A DNA stretch of 21,958 bases from Bacteriovoracaceae bacterium (GCA_041586955.1 JBFGZE010000058.1:1-21958); one strand, 5' to 3'. Counted from the first letter of the stretch, positions 7,972 to 16,237 are shown. The notes: generated from the letters alone by a model not told the origin. Translations and numbers: made by a program.

Positions 7972-8595
7972 TTATTCAGTTACGCGATTTGATAAGTAAC
8001 TAGCGATCCCCAATTGTCTGGCGCGCTTAATGGAAGTTGTCGCAATTTTTTGATGCTTGCGAGTAATTCCAGAAATACGGCCTGGAGAAATTTTTCCAAA
8101 CTCGTTAACAAGCCAAGAATAAGTCGCTGGATCTTTCCAATCGGCCTTAATCTTGTTGGCCGTGAACCAACATGATTTACGACGAGCAAATCTTTTGCGG
8201 TTCTTTTCCATATCACCAGAGTTCTCCCCTTCAACGTCAGTGACGCTTCCTGGGTATTTCTTAGAGAATGGAGTTTTGTAAGCTTTAACAATAGCATCAG
8301 CCGTATTATCTTCACCTAGTTTGAAAATGCTAGACTTGATAACGTCTTCACTGATACCAAAACGACGATTTAACTCTACGTTATTCTCATTGTTTGCTTT
8401 AAAGATGAAGTAAAGAAATTGAGCATGAGTCACGCCTTCAGATGTTGGTTGAGCAAAAGCTTTTTTACCCCAATCATCTTCAACGATAACTTCTCCCTCA
8501 AATTGTGCAACGACATCGTGAACAATTTTCTTAAGGGAGTCCAATTTCGCTTCATCGGTTTCTGGCTTCGCCACTAGGGCCAATTCATAAATCAT
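7972..8595 (-). CDS. rpsF-rpsR: Fused 30S ribosomal proteins S6 (aa 1-93) and S18 (aa ~129-207)
   Basis: One 207-aa frame with no internal stop. S6 motifs YEL..., DWGKK, ELNRRFGISEDVIK; S18 motifs RRKSCWF, DWKD, EFGKISPGRISG...HQ...IKRARQLG. AGGAGG RBS. Confidence 0.95.
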   Translation of the reverse strand: MIYELALVAKPETDEAKLDSLKKIVHDVVAQFEGEVIVEDDWGKKAFAQPTSEGVTHAQFLYFIFKANNENNVELNRRFGISEDVIKSSIFKLGEDNTADAIVKAYKTPFSKKYPGSVTDVEGENSGDMEKNRKRFARRKSCWFTANKIKADWKDPATYSWLVNEFGKISPGRISGITRKHQKIATTSIKRARQLGIASYLSNRVTE

Positions 8596-8645
8596 AAAAC
8601 CTCCTGGACTAAACGGCTCTCAAGACCATCCTGAGAGCGAGTATA
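8596..8645 (-). promoter_or_regulatory. rpsF leader (S6:S18-binding cis-regulatory RNA)
   Basis: Minus strand GCUCUCAGGA-UGG-UCUUGAGAGC hairpin followed by CCG-UUUAGUCC-AGGAGG. This is the hairpin/CCG/SD layout of known S6:S18 leaders. Confidence 0.75.
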
Positions 8646-8684
8646 TAAGTAGTATTGGTGCGAAACGTAACAAAAAAATAACCC

Positions 8685-8714
8685 ATTTTAAAGGGTAAAA
8701 TGTTGTATTATCAA
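8685..8714 (-). promoter_or_regulatory. Putative sigma70 promoter of the rpsF operon
   Basis: TTGATA (8714-8709)-N18-TAAAAT (8690-8685). Overlaps a weak ACCC/GGGT hairpin plus T-run that could instead end the upstream subtilase transcript. Confidence 0.45.
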
Positions 8715-8735
8715 TAATTTTCCGGTTTCAAAGAG

Positions 8736-11561
8736 CTATTGGCGCATGTCCAAAGGGACTTCAAAGGCCTGAACATTACCGGTCTTGGTGCGACAAAAGA
8801 GCAACCAAGAGCTCATTCCTTGGGTACTATCCATTTGCAGGCCACCATCCACACATTGATCAGGAAGTTGAAAACTAAGTGATATGGGGGCCTTAAGTCC
8901 GTTATCCGAGGAATAAATAGCGAAAAGACGCTCTCCAGCGATCAGTCGACTATCAATAAAAACTCCTGTTTTCACCCCATTTGTACCGCCAATAATAACG
9001 GGGTCCATTGTCTCACCAAAAGCGACCCCAGGAAAGGCCGACTCTCGGTTAATAGGATAGCGATATTCACTACCCATAGCGTCAACGACATGAATCTCAT
9101 AGCGTGTTTCTAGCCAATACTCATTGCCAAAGGGAAGGTCAAAACCCCAAAGAAAATTAAATAAAGGGTTATCATAACGTTTGGTTTTATAGACAAATCG
9201 CTCTTTTTCCTGACCGCCATTCATGCTCACCATACGCATTTCACTGCGATTTAAAAGGGCCGTTAAGACATAGCTTTGTGTGTTAGCTAAAGATAAATCC
9301 ATAAGGGGAAAGTGGTTATTACGCGCCAAAAAAGCCGCCGAGGCAAAACGCAGCACAAGGCGTACATCGTTGTACCCGCCAATTTGTAAAAGGGCGTAGG
9401 ACTTTAAAAACTCCTCCCCATAGGAAACTAATAAGCGCATCGTTCCTGAGCGTTTTTCCACTTTTGATTGTGGCAATAGATTAAAACTCAATTCTTCCCG
9501 TGAAAATTGTAGGAGTTCTCGTTGCAATTTCTGGCGTACTTGATAATTATCCACCACACGAACTTCAACCCTAATTCCATTATCAGAGTGCTGCGGCCTG
9601 AGGAAATATAAATGAAAGCTCCCCGTCTCAGGTAATCGGTCAAAGAGATCATCATTATTATCTACTTCTGGCAATTTCCATGCCTTAAAAATACTTGGTA
9701 CTAATATTTCTCCAAGCTTAGAATCATTATATTTCAACCAATTAAAATCAGCTTGATACGAGGCCTTGAGCGGCAGGCCTTCAAAAGAGGAAAGTGGCCA
9801 ATTCCAAGTCGAATAGCGCTGCCATAAGGGCTTAAGCTCTTCGTTTAGAAAATAAAAAGTCAGTTGTTTCTTCTCTCTATCAAGGTAATAGAGAAAGTAA
9901 TCATCCTTACCATCGAGGTTAATATCCTTTTTAAAAATGGCCAATAATTGACCGAGGGCCGGTGTCTCCAGGCGATCATATTGTGATTGCCCACCTTTAA
10001 GGCGCAAAATATCGACCATCTGGGGAGTTTTTTTATTAACGTAAAAAAATTCTCGGTGAGCTTCGGTATCTATTCTTTTCCATTTTAGAAAACGTCTTTT
10101 AGGAGTAAAAGCAAGTAGGTCTTTCGCGGCAATACCTTTAATATCAATTGGATTTTTTAATAGGGGCCTATGACCTAAAAAAAGAGTGATTTGATAAACT
10201 CGTTCATCCCCTTCAATAATCACTTGTAAACGCGCTCTTGCCTCAGCGTTTAAATTCTTTATAGCACCAGTAATAGGAATAATTTGTGTGCCCTCTTTTT
10301 GAAAAGTTAAACGAATATCTTGCTCCTGCAGAGTCTTATTATTTACCCATATAGAAACCTTAGCGTTTATAACCTCAGCTTGCGGTAAATAATTTTTAAA
10401 TTTGAGATTAAAACGGAAACCATTGTGGGCATCGATTAATACCTCCTGTAGCGATTTAAAGTCAGGAACCACGAAGCGCTTAGGTTTTTCGCCAATGGCC
10501 TTTTTCATATTGATACGGCCATATTTTGTGAACTTTTTAGTTTTTGGGTCAACTTTGCTGGCCGAATGAAAAAGTCTCGCTTCCATCTCACCTAGTGAAA
10601 TATCTGGGTAGAGCCATTTTAAACTGGCCAAAACCCCTGTCACAAAAGGAGCTGCTTGACTAGTTCCCTTAATACGTTCATAGGCAAACATTTTAGTATG
10701 GCGTGCGACAATCCCCTTGGTGGGATAGGTTGAAAAAATAAAATCACCAGGCGCTAAAACATCGACCTTGCCTCCAAAATTAGAAAAGGGGCTAATATCC
10801 CCATCAGGACTGAAACTCCCAACACAGATCACTCCCTCTAGAGAACAAGGATAAGTGACAATTTCCTTATTATTATTACCAGCTGCGACAACCACTGCTA
10901 CACCTTGTTTGCGAGCAGCAGCAAAGGCCTTCGTTATTTTGGGAGTTTGAATAAGCTTTGGCCAACCTAAGCTCATATTAATAACATCTGCTTTCTTGAT
11001 GAGGGCAAACTTTATCGCATCAGCAAAGATATCAGTCATCACCCGCTTATTATGAACAAAGCCTCTAACATCTTTATTCAGAACTTTTAATGGCATAATT
11101 TTAATATTTTTAGGGGTAACCCCCTTAATACCAATCCCATTATCATCAGCGGCAATAATACCAGCAATATGAGTGCCATGTCCGTCTTCATCAGAAAGGT
11201 CATTATTCTTTGCCAGAAAATTATGGCCGCGGCATGGCCTCTTTTTTTCATCTTCTGGCGTTGGGCAGGCCTCTTTATCAAACCAAATTCGATCCTTAAG
11301 TTCAGGGTGTTCAATATCAATACCATGATCAATAATGGCAACAATCACCTCGCGCTTTTTCTTGGAGTTGGGTATTTGATTAAGGTCTACCCAATTAATA
11401 TCCATGCCATTTTTCGATTGAATTTCCTCCCTGGTCAGACGACCATTGGAGCGAAAAAACTCTTGCCCTACATTATTGAGGCCCCATTGACGTCCCTGTA
11501 ATGGCTCTTTTGCGATGAGAGAAAAAGAAGCTAACATAATGAATATCAAAATTGTTTTCAT
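8736..11561 (-). CDS. Secreted S8 (subtilisin-family) serine peptidase with a large C-terminal extension
   Basis: Signal peptide MKTILIFIMLASFSLIA; catalytic Asp VAIIDHGID, His HGTHIAG, oxyanion AAGN, Ser GTSQAAPFV. About 580 extra aa including DINLDGKDD. Confidence 0.95.
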   Translation of the reverse strand: MKTILIFIMLASFSLIAKEPLQGRQWGLNNVGQEFFRSNGRLTREEIQSKNGMDINWVDLNQIPNSKKKREVIVAIIDHGIDIEHPELKDRIWFDKEACPTPEDEKKRPCRGHNFLAKNNDLSDEDGHGTHIAGIIAADDNGIGIKGVTPKNIKIMPLKVLNKDVRGFVHNKRVMTDIFADAIKFALIKKADVINMSLGWPKLIQTPKITKAFAAARKQGVAVVVAAGNNNKEIVTYPCSLEGVICVGSFSPDGDISPFSNFGGKVDVLAPGDFIFSTYPTKGIVARHTKMFAYERIKGTSQAAPFVTGVLASLKWLYPDISLGEMEARLFHSASKVDPKTKKFTKYGRINMKKAIGEKPKRFVVPDFKSLQEVLIDAHNGFRFNLKFKNYLPQAEVINAKVSIWVNNKTLQEQDIRLTFQKEGTQIIPITGAIKNLNAEARARLQVIIEGDERVYQITLFLGHRPLLKNPIDIKGIAAKDLLAFTPKRRFLKWKRIDTEAHREFFYVNKKTPQMVDILRLKGGQSQYDRLETPALGQLLAIFKKDINLDGKDDYFLYYLDREKKQLTFYFLNEELKPLWQRYSTWNWPLSSFEGLPLKASYQADFNWLKYNDSKLGEILVPSIFKAWKLPEVDNNDDLFDRLPETGSFHLYFLRPQHSDNGIRVEVRVVDNYQVRQKLQRELLQFSREELSFNLLPQSKVEKRSGTMRLLVSYGEEFLKSYALLQIGGYNDVRLVLRFASAAFLARNNHFPLMDLSLANTQSYVLTALLNRSEMRMVSMNGGQEKERFVYKTKRYDNPLFNFLWGFDLPFGNEYWLETRYEIHVVDAMGSEYRYPINRESAFPGVAFGETMDPVIIGGTNGVKTGVFIDSRLIAGERLFAIYSSDNGLKAPISLSFQLPDQCVDGGLQMDSTQGMSSWLLFCRTKTGNVQAFEVPLDMRQ

Positions 11562-14500
11562 TATAACCTCTCTCTAATAAAAGAGCCCGTCAGTTCACCC
11601 GCACCCATGCCGGTTTTCTCACCTAGAAAATGGAAGATACCAAGTGGATAAGGACCATTAATTTCACCAAAGGTATTTGAACGAATTGTTTCGATTAGAT
11701 GTTCCGAATCTTTTCGGAAACCATCAATCGTTCCCTCCATCATAATATTGCGTCGACCGACAATCGAAACAAAATCACTAAATTTTAAATACTTCTCCAA
11801 GTCACGTGTTAGCTCTAACCAGCATTGGTGTTTTTTAATAGAGTGATCTGTTTTTTGGCAACGTTTGAGCTTTTTCTCAAGGGGCGAATAATCACCACAT
11901 TTAATTCTTTGACTAGGAGTATGAATACGAGATGCCTGACCACATTGCCTGCCATTATGGTGCCGTGCCTGCCGTTCAATTTTTTTGAGAGTTTTTTTAC
12001 TGAGAGATTTAATATTAGTAATGCCAGCGGGGTAAATAACCGTTTTCATATTAAGATCATAGAGCATTAATTGACTAAAATCGAAAGTCACATCTTTATC
12101 ATAAAAATGAAATTGATAACGTTTATTGAGATCCGTCATAAAGTTGGCCAAAGCTTTTCTTTTCTTACTCCACCCCTCATAGCGATGATTGAGAATGATG
12201 ACACTATCTCGGTCATGGATGGTATTGTCTTTTTCCCGCAGGCGTGTTTCGAAAAATGCCTCGAGTGTCTGCCCATGACCAAATAAAGTCTGCGCGGGGT
12301 TCTTAAAGCGGTCAAATCCTAATTGCACAGTGTAACTATCATTATCAACCCATTTATCGAGATAATAGTTCAGGGTATCGCGCAATAAATGCTCATAGCT
12401 AATACCAGATTGAGATTCAGTGGTCAGGCGAAGGAAGCGATAGTACTGATTGCTTGGCGTTTTCAAACGAAACTCACCCTTGGTCTTTAGGTATTTAGTC
12501 CGCCACATGAGGAAAGCAAATTGAGAAGACTTATCGATAAAATTGGTTTCTATTTGATAAGGCCTTTTAACTTCCTCCATTAGCTCACTAGAACGATCTG
12601 TCAAAAAAGTATAAAGCGCGTTAGCAGTTCGATAAAGATTGGGGTTTTTCTCGAGATCAATATCAATATTGGCATTATAATGCTTAACTTTATAAACACC
12701 TTTTGAACGCTTAGTTTGGGCACGCAAGACTGGAATATAAGAATCAAGATTGAAACTGAGGATTAAACTTTTTGCCTTTGCCCTATCATCGTAAACCTGA
12801 ATCGTTTTTGCGTCTTTACGATAAATATGAACTCGCCTTAGCATGGCAATTTCACTGGATGTTGCCACGGAAAAGCGGGTTTTGAGAATAGAATTACCAC
12901 CAGAGACGAGGCCCTTCGGAGTTAATTTTTCTGTTAAGATTAAGGACTCTCCTACTCCTAATGTTTTATTTAAATCGGTCAAAAATCCCTTGAGAAATGC
13001 ACTTCTCTCTTCATTATTAACCTCTTGGCCTTTCTCTTCGAATTGGCGTAGACGATTGAGGTTTTTTTGTAAATCTTTTTTGAGGAGGGAGACCACCATA
13101 TTTTTATAGGGCACTTTGAATGAGGCCTTCAGCGATTTTACCGGCCTTAAATGTGACCAGGTCCGCAATAAAGAGACAGTCCCACGCGCGTATACCTGTG
13201 CCCCATATTTAAAATTTTCCAAACCTACATGGGCGCCTAATTCAATACGAGCACCAAAGACATCGGCCAATTGGACCAGATTATCGGTACCTTGAAATTC
13301 TCCGAAAACAATATCGCGGGAGATTATCAAATCACCATTCACGATAGGACTCACCCAAGCACCAACGGGAAAATCTTTAAAATTCCCTGTTTCAATAAAA
13401 TGATTAAGGCCCTCATTAAATTGTTGTTTATGAAACTTAACTCGCTGTTCATTAATCTGAAAGGCCTGTAGCTCTCTATTCGCTCGGGTAATAATTGAGT
13501 CTAATACCGAGCTTTGAAATTGGTGAAAAAAGTAATACTTAAAATCTTTAAATGGACTATCGGGATCGCCATGGGCAAAGCGTGAGGCATAACCTTTAAA
13601 CTCTTCTCTTGTCAAATGACCTTTGACTAAATCTTTACCGTAACTGACATCAGGATTGACATTAAGGTCGCTAAATTCTTCATTCTCTATAAACTTCAAT
13701 AAAGAATTACGACGAGAAATTAATTTTTCAACGATCAATTTAGCAACAGGAATGGGGTAACTCGAGAAGGCAACCACCTCTTCAAAGTCGCTGCGACTCA
13801 ACTTCGCAAGCTTTCTCATCATCCATTTATAATCATGAAGATCGGCATTAAAATCGCTAAAGGTTTTATGCGGTAACCATAATTTTTGATTGGAAATAGT
13901 TCCCAAAGTCCAAGGTACTTTATTAATACTCTCGCCCAGGGAAGTAAGCGCATAAATGGGTAATAGCCCACGTAGAGTACGACTTTTTAAACGCTCGGCC
14001 GGTGGAGTTAAGGCCAAATTAAAATGATCACTCTCCTGTGGCAATAAAATCGCCACATCTTGGAGGATGACTTCTTTGGTCGACTTAGAAACAAGCCAAC
14101 GAGAAGCCGCTCCCAAAGTATTATCGGGAATATGATGATGGAGAAATCGATCCCGCTCCTCTTCACTTTCAAAGCGCAATATTATTTTTTTGGCATAGTG
14201 AATTTGAGGGATTTGATAACCCAATTTTTGTAATAATTTTGCCCGGATTAAATAGGTATGAAGATTTTTGGCCATTAATAGATTAACTAATTGATCGCCA
14301 TTTAATCCTGAGACACGCAAAAGGCCTGAAAAAGAAGGTAGAATACCTTGAAAATTAATGGCCTTTGGAATCATTACCGCTGGGAAAGTGCTAACAAGGC
14401 CATTATAAAAAGCATTCTCAAGTGGTTCAAGACGAGAGAGATCTACCTCCTCGCGTTTATTAAAGGCCTCTTCTGATGTCAGGCGTTTTCCATTTAAAAT

Positions 14501-14614
14501 TAAATCATCTGAGGGCTGACGAATATTAGAGAGAGGAATAGAAGCTTCCTGGCCCCAAAGGGTCGCGCTCATAAAAATATAATAAATATTGATAAAAACG
14601 ATGAAAAACCGCAT
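11561..14614 (-). CDS. Large secreted uncharacterised protein (1017 aa), possible kinase-like N-terminal domain
   Basis: Long ORF with a signal-peptide-like N-terminus; TAATG stop/start overlap with the subtilase gene. The domain call is by eye only. Confidence 0.85.
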   Translation of the reverse strand: MRFFIVFINIYYIFMSATLWGQEASIPLSNIRQPSDDLILNGKRLTSEEAFNKREEVDLSRLEPLENAFYNGLVSTFPAVMIPKAINFQGILPSFSGLLRVSGLNGDQLVNLLMAKNLHTYLIRAKLLQKLGYQIPQIHYAKKIILRFESEEERDRFLHHHIPDNTLGAASRWLVSKSTKEVILQDVAILLPQESDHFNLALTPPAERLKSRTLRGLLPIYALTSLGESINKVPWTLGTISNQKLWLPHKTFSDFNADLHDYKWMMRKLAKLSRSDFEEVVAFSSYPIPVAKLIVEKLISRRNSLLKFIENEEFSDLNVNPDVSYGKDLVKGHLTREEFKGYASRFAHGDPDSPFKDFKYYFFHQFQSSVLDSIITRANRELQAFQINEQRVKFHKQQFNEGLNHFIETGNFKDFPVGAWVSPIVNGDLIISRDIVFGEFQGTDNLVQLADVFGARIELGAHVGLENFKYGAQVYARGTVSLLRTWSHLRPVKSLKASFKVPYKNMVVSLLKKDLQKNLNRLRQFEEKGQEVNNEERSAFLKGFLTDLNKTLGVGESLILTEKLTPKGLVSGGNSILKTRFSVATSSEIAMLRRVHIYRKDAKTIQVYDDRAKAKSLILSFNLDSYIPVLRAQTKRSKGVYKVKHYNANIDIDLEKNPNLYRTANALYTFLTDRSSELMEEVKRPYQIETNFIDKSSQFAFLMWRTKYLKTKGEFRLKTPSNQYYRFLRLTTESQSGISYEHLLRDTLNYYLDKWVDNDSYTVQLGFDRFKNPAQTLFGHGQTLEAFFETRLREKDNTIHDRDSVIILNHRYEGWSKKRKALANFMTDLNKRYQFHFYDKDVTFDFSQLMLYDLNMKTVIYPAGITNIKSLSKKTLKKIERQARHHNGRQCGQASRIHTPSQRIKCGDYSPLEKKLKRCQKTDHSIKKHQCWLELTRDLEKYLKFSDFVSIVGRRNIMMEGTIDGFRKDSEHLIETIRSNTFGEINGPYPLGIFHFLGEKTGMGAGELTGSFIRERL

Positions 14615-14793
14615 TAAAGCACCCGCCGACGCAGAATATTAACACTTTCAAATATACAACAACAGGCCTCTTGTAAAAATGAAAGACCAGCTAACTACCT
14701 TAAATAAAATCCGAAATTAAAAAGGCACCATGGTTTTCTGGCATTTCGCTATTTAAATCTATAATGGCCGAGCGAGAACTCAAGCAAGAATCC

Positions 14794-15654
14794 TCACTCT
14801 TCGATGATCGAATGAATCCAGGGTAAAAAGCGATGAACATTGGTAAAATAAAAGACCTGCCCATATTCACATTGGGGATGGGAGCCATGAGCAGTCACTC
14901 CAATAAGTTTTTTCTCTTCCAGTAGAACGAGGGGGCCACCACTATCTCCGACACAAGTACTTTGCCCATCTCTAACTAAAAAGGCGATATACTCACCAGT
15001 AAAAAATGAACCCTCTATATCAAACTTATCTGAATAAAAAGAATCCGAAATAAGTTTTCTATTTTTTATATCATCCCAGAAATCACTATGGGCAAACGGC
15101 AGGAATTTAAGATTTTGAATCACTCTTAATTCCTTAGCTCTATCTCTCAACTCCACACGGCCCCAGCCAGTACTTATATAGTTACCATCTTCAATGCGAA
15201 TCGACTTCTCTTCAGAGTCTTTCTCGGGTAAATCGATCATGGCAATATCACCTGCAAAATTGATGTCTTCCCGTAATTCAACAAGAGCGATATCTGCTTC
15301 TTTCCTCCCGCCCGCTGACCAACGTTGATAATCAGGATGAATGACCACTCTTTTGATATCTGGTAATGTTTTTAAGGAGTTTAAGCTGCCATCTCCACCT
15401 CCCTTGATTTCTATAGTGGGCGGCACAATGTCAACACAGTGAGCGGCAGTTAAAATAAATCTTTTATGAATAATCGATCCGCCACAATAATGCCCTTTCT
15501 CCTCCTGAATGGAAACTTGCCAAGGGTAATGTTTAATATCTGCCTCTTCACCATTAGTAATATGGGCGGATTTAGTCTCGATTGCCCGTGCGACTTCTTC
15601 AACCCGACAAGAAGAGATTAAAATCAGAATTACCAAGGTTGTTATCTTTGTCAT
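14794..15654 (-). CDS. S1 (chymotrypsin/trypsin-fold) serine protease, predicted lipoprotein
   Basis: ITNG activation-like start, YPWQVS, CGGSII, LTAAHC, DIALV, GWG, GDSGGPL. Start reassigned to ATG 15654 (AGGA RBS; MTKITTLVILILISSC lipobox). Confidence 0.95.
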   Translation of the reverse strand: MTKITTLVILILISSCRVEEVARAIETKSAHITNGEEADIKHYPWQVSIQEEKGHYCGGSIIHKRFILTAAHCVDIVPPTIEIKGGGDGSLNSLKTLPDIKRVVIHPDYQRWSAGGRKEADIALVELREDINFAGDIAMIDLPEKDSEEKSIRIEDGNYISTGWGRVELRDRAKELRVIQNLKFLPFAHSDFWDDIKNRKLISDSFYSDKFDIEGSFFTGEYIAFLVRDGQSTCVGDSGGPLVLLEEKKLIGVTAHGSHPQCEYGQVFYFTNVHRFLPWIHSIIEE

Positions 15655-15688
15655 TTCAGGTCCTATTGAGAAGTTATCCACTTTTAAC

Positions 15689-15705
15689 ACCAATAATCGT
15701 GCCAA
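15689..15705 (-). promoter_or_regulatory. Sigma54-like (-24/-12) promoter for the S1 protease
   Basis: TTGGCACGATTATTGGT versus consensus TGGCAC-N5-TTGCW (one mismatch at -12), 35 nt upstream of ATG 15654. Confidence 0.6.
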
Positions 15706-15879
15706 ACCCTCTCTTCCCGGTTTCATCATTTTAATAAGTTAAGATAATATGATTGTTAAATATGTGGACACCTGTTTAAAGAAGTCCAAGCGCTCTATCT
15801 CTATGACTTGGAGATATTCCAAACGCTCAGGAAAGGCATCATATGTAATAACATAGACTTATGTTTGATTACTAAAGTT

Positions 15880-16056
15880 TTACTCTTGTGCTTCCTGAGC
15901 CTTTTCAAGGAATTGATCATCTTCTAAGCTGGACAATTCTTTATAATGATCAAGCATCTCTTGATCAGTGGCGGTAGCAATAAGTTCTGTTAGGGCCTTT
16001 CTCCCCTCACGGATAGTCATTCTTCCCTTCGTTATTTCTAGACACATTAGACACAT
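15880..16056 (-). CDS. Unannotated 58-aa protein with N-terminal CxxC
   Basis: Absent from the ORF track (shorter than any ORF listed). MCLMCLEITKGRMTIREGRKALTELIATATDQEMLDHYKELSSLEDDQFLEKAQEAQE; AAAGGAGA RBS 4 nt upstream; TATAAT at 16080-16075. Confidence 0.85.
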   Translation of the reverse strand: MCLMCLEITKGRMTIREGRKALTELIATATDQEMLDHYKELSSLEDDQFLEKAQEAQE

Positions 16057-16237
16057 AATTTCTCCTTTCTTTCCATTATACCTCTAAACTCAAAATTGGC
16101 GACATTGAGTTTGACTTAACCCATATTTATAATTGGGATGTTTAGATATAAACCTTTGGAGGGGAGGCCTGGGTTAATGACCATATCACTTTCAAGTTCG
16201 GCCAGGTCATCATAATGAAAATGAACCCTTTTTATCT

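Noticed and set aside
7980..8315. 111-aa alternative-frame ORF suggesting a separate or frameshifted rpsR
   Set aside because: No S18 motifs; all S18 motifs are in the S6 frame.
15674..15682. DnaA-box-like TTATCCACT
   Set aside because: Single one-mismatch box with no cluster of good boxes; not evidence for an origin.
15655..15729. 25-aa N-terminal extension of the S1 protease
   Set aside because: Would bury the lipoprotein signal and covers the RBS and the sigma54-like promoter.
15749..15856. 35-aa plus-strand ORF MIVKYVDT...
   Set aside because: No RBS; the region is better explained as regulatory DNA.
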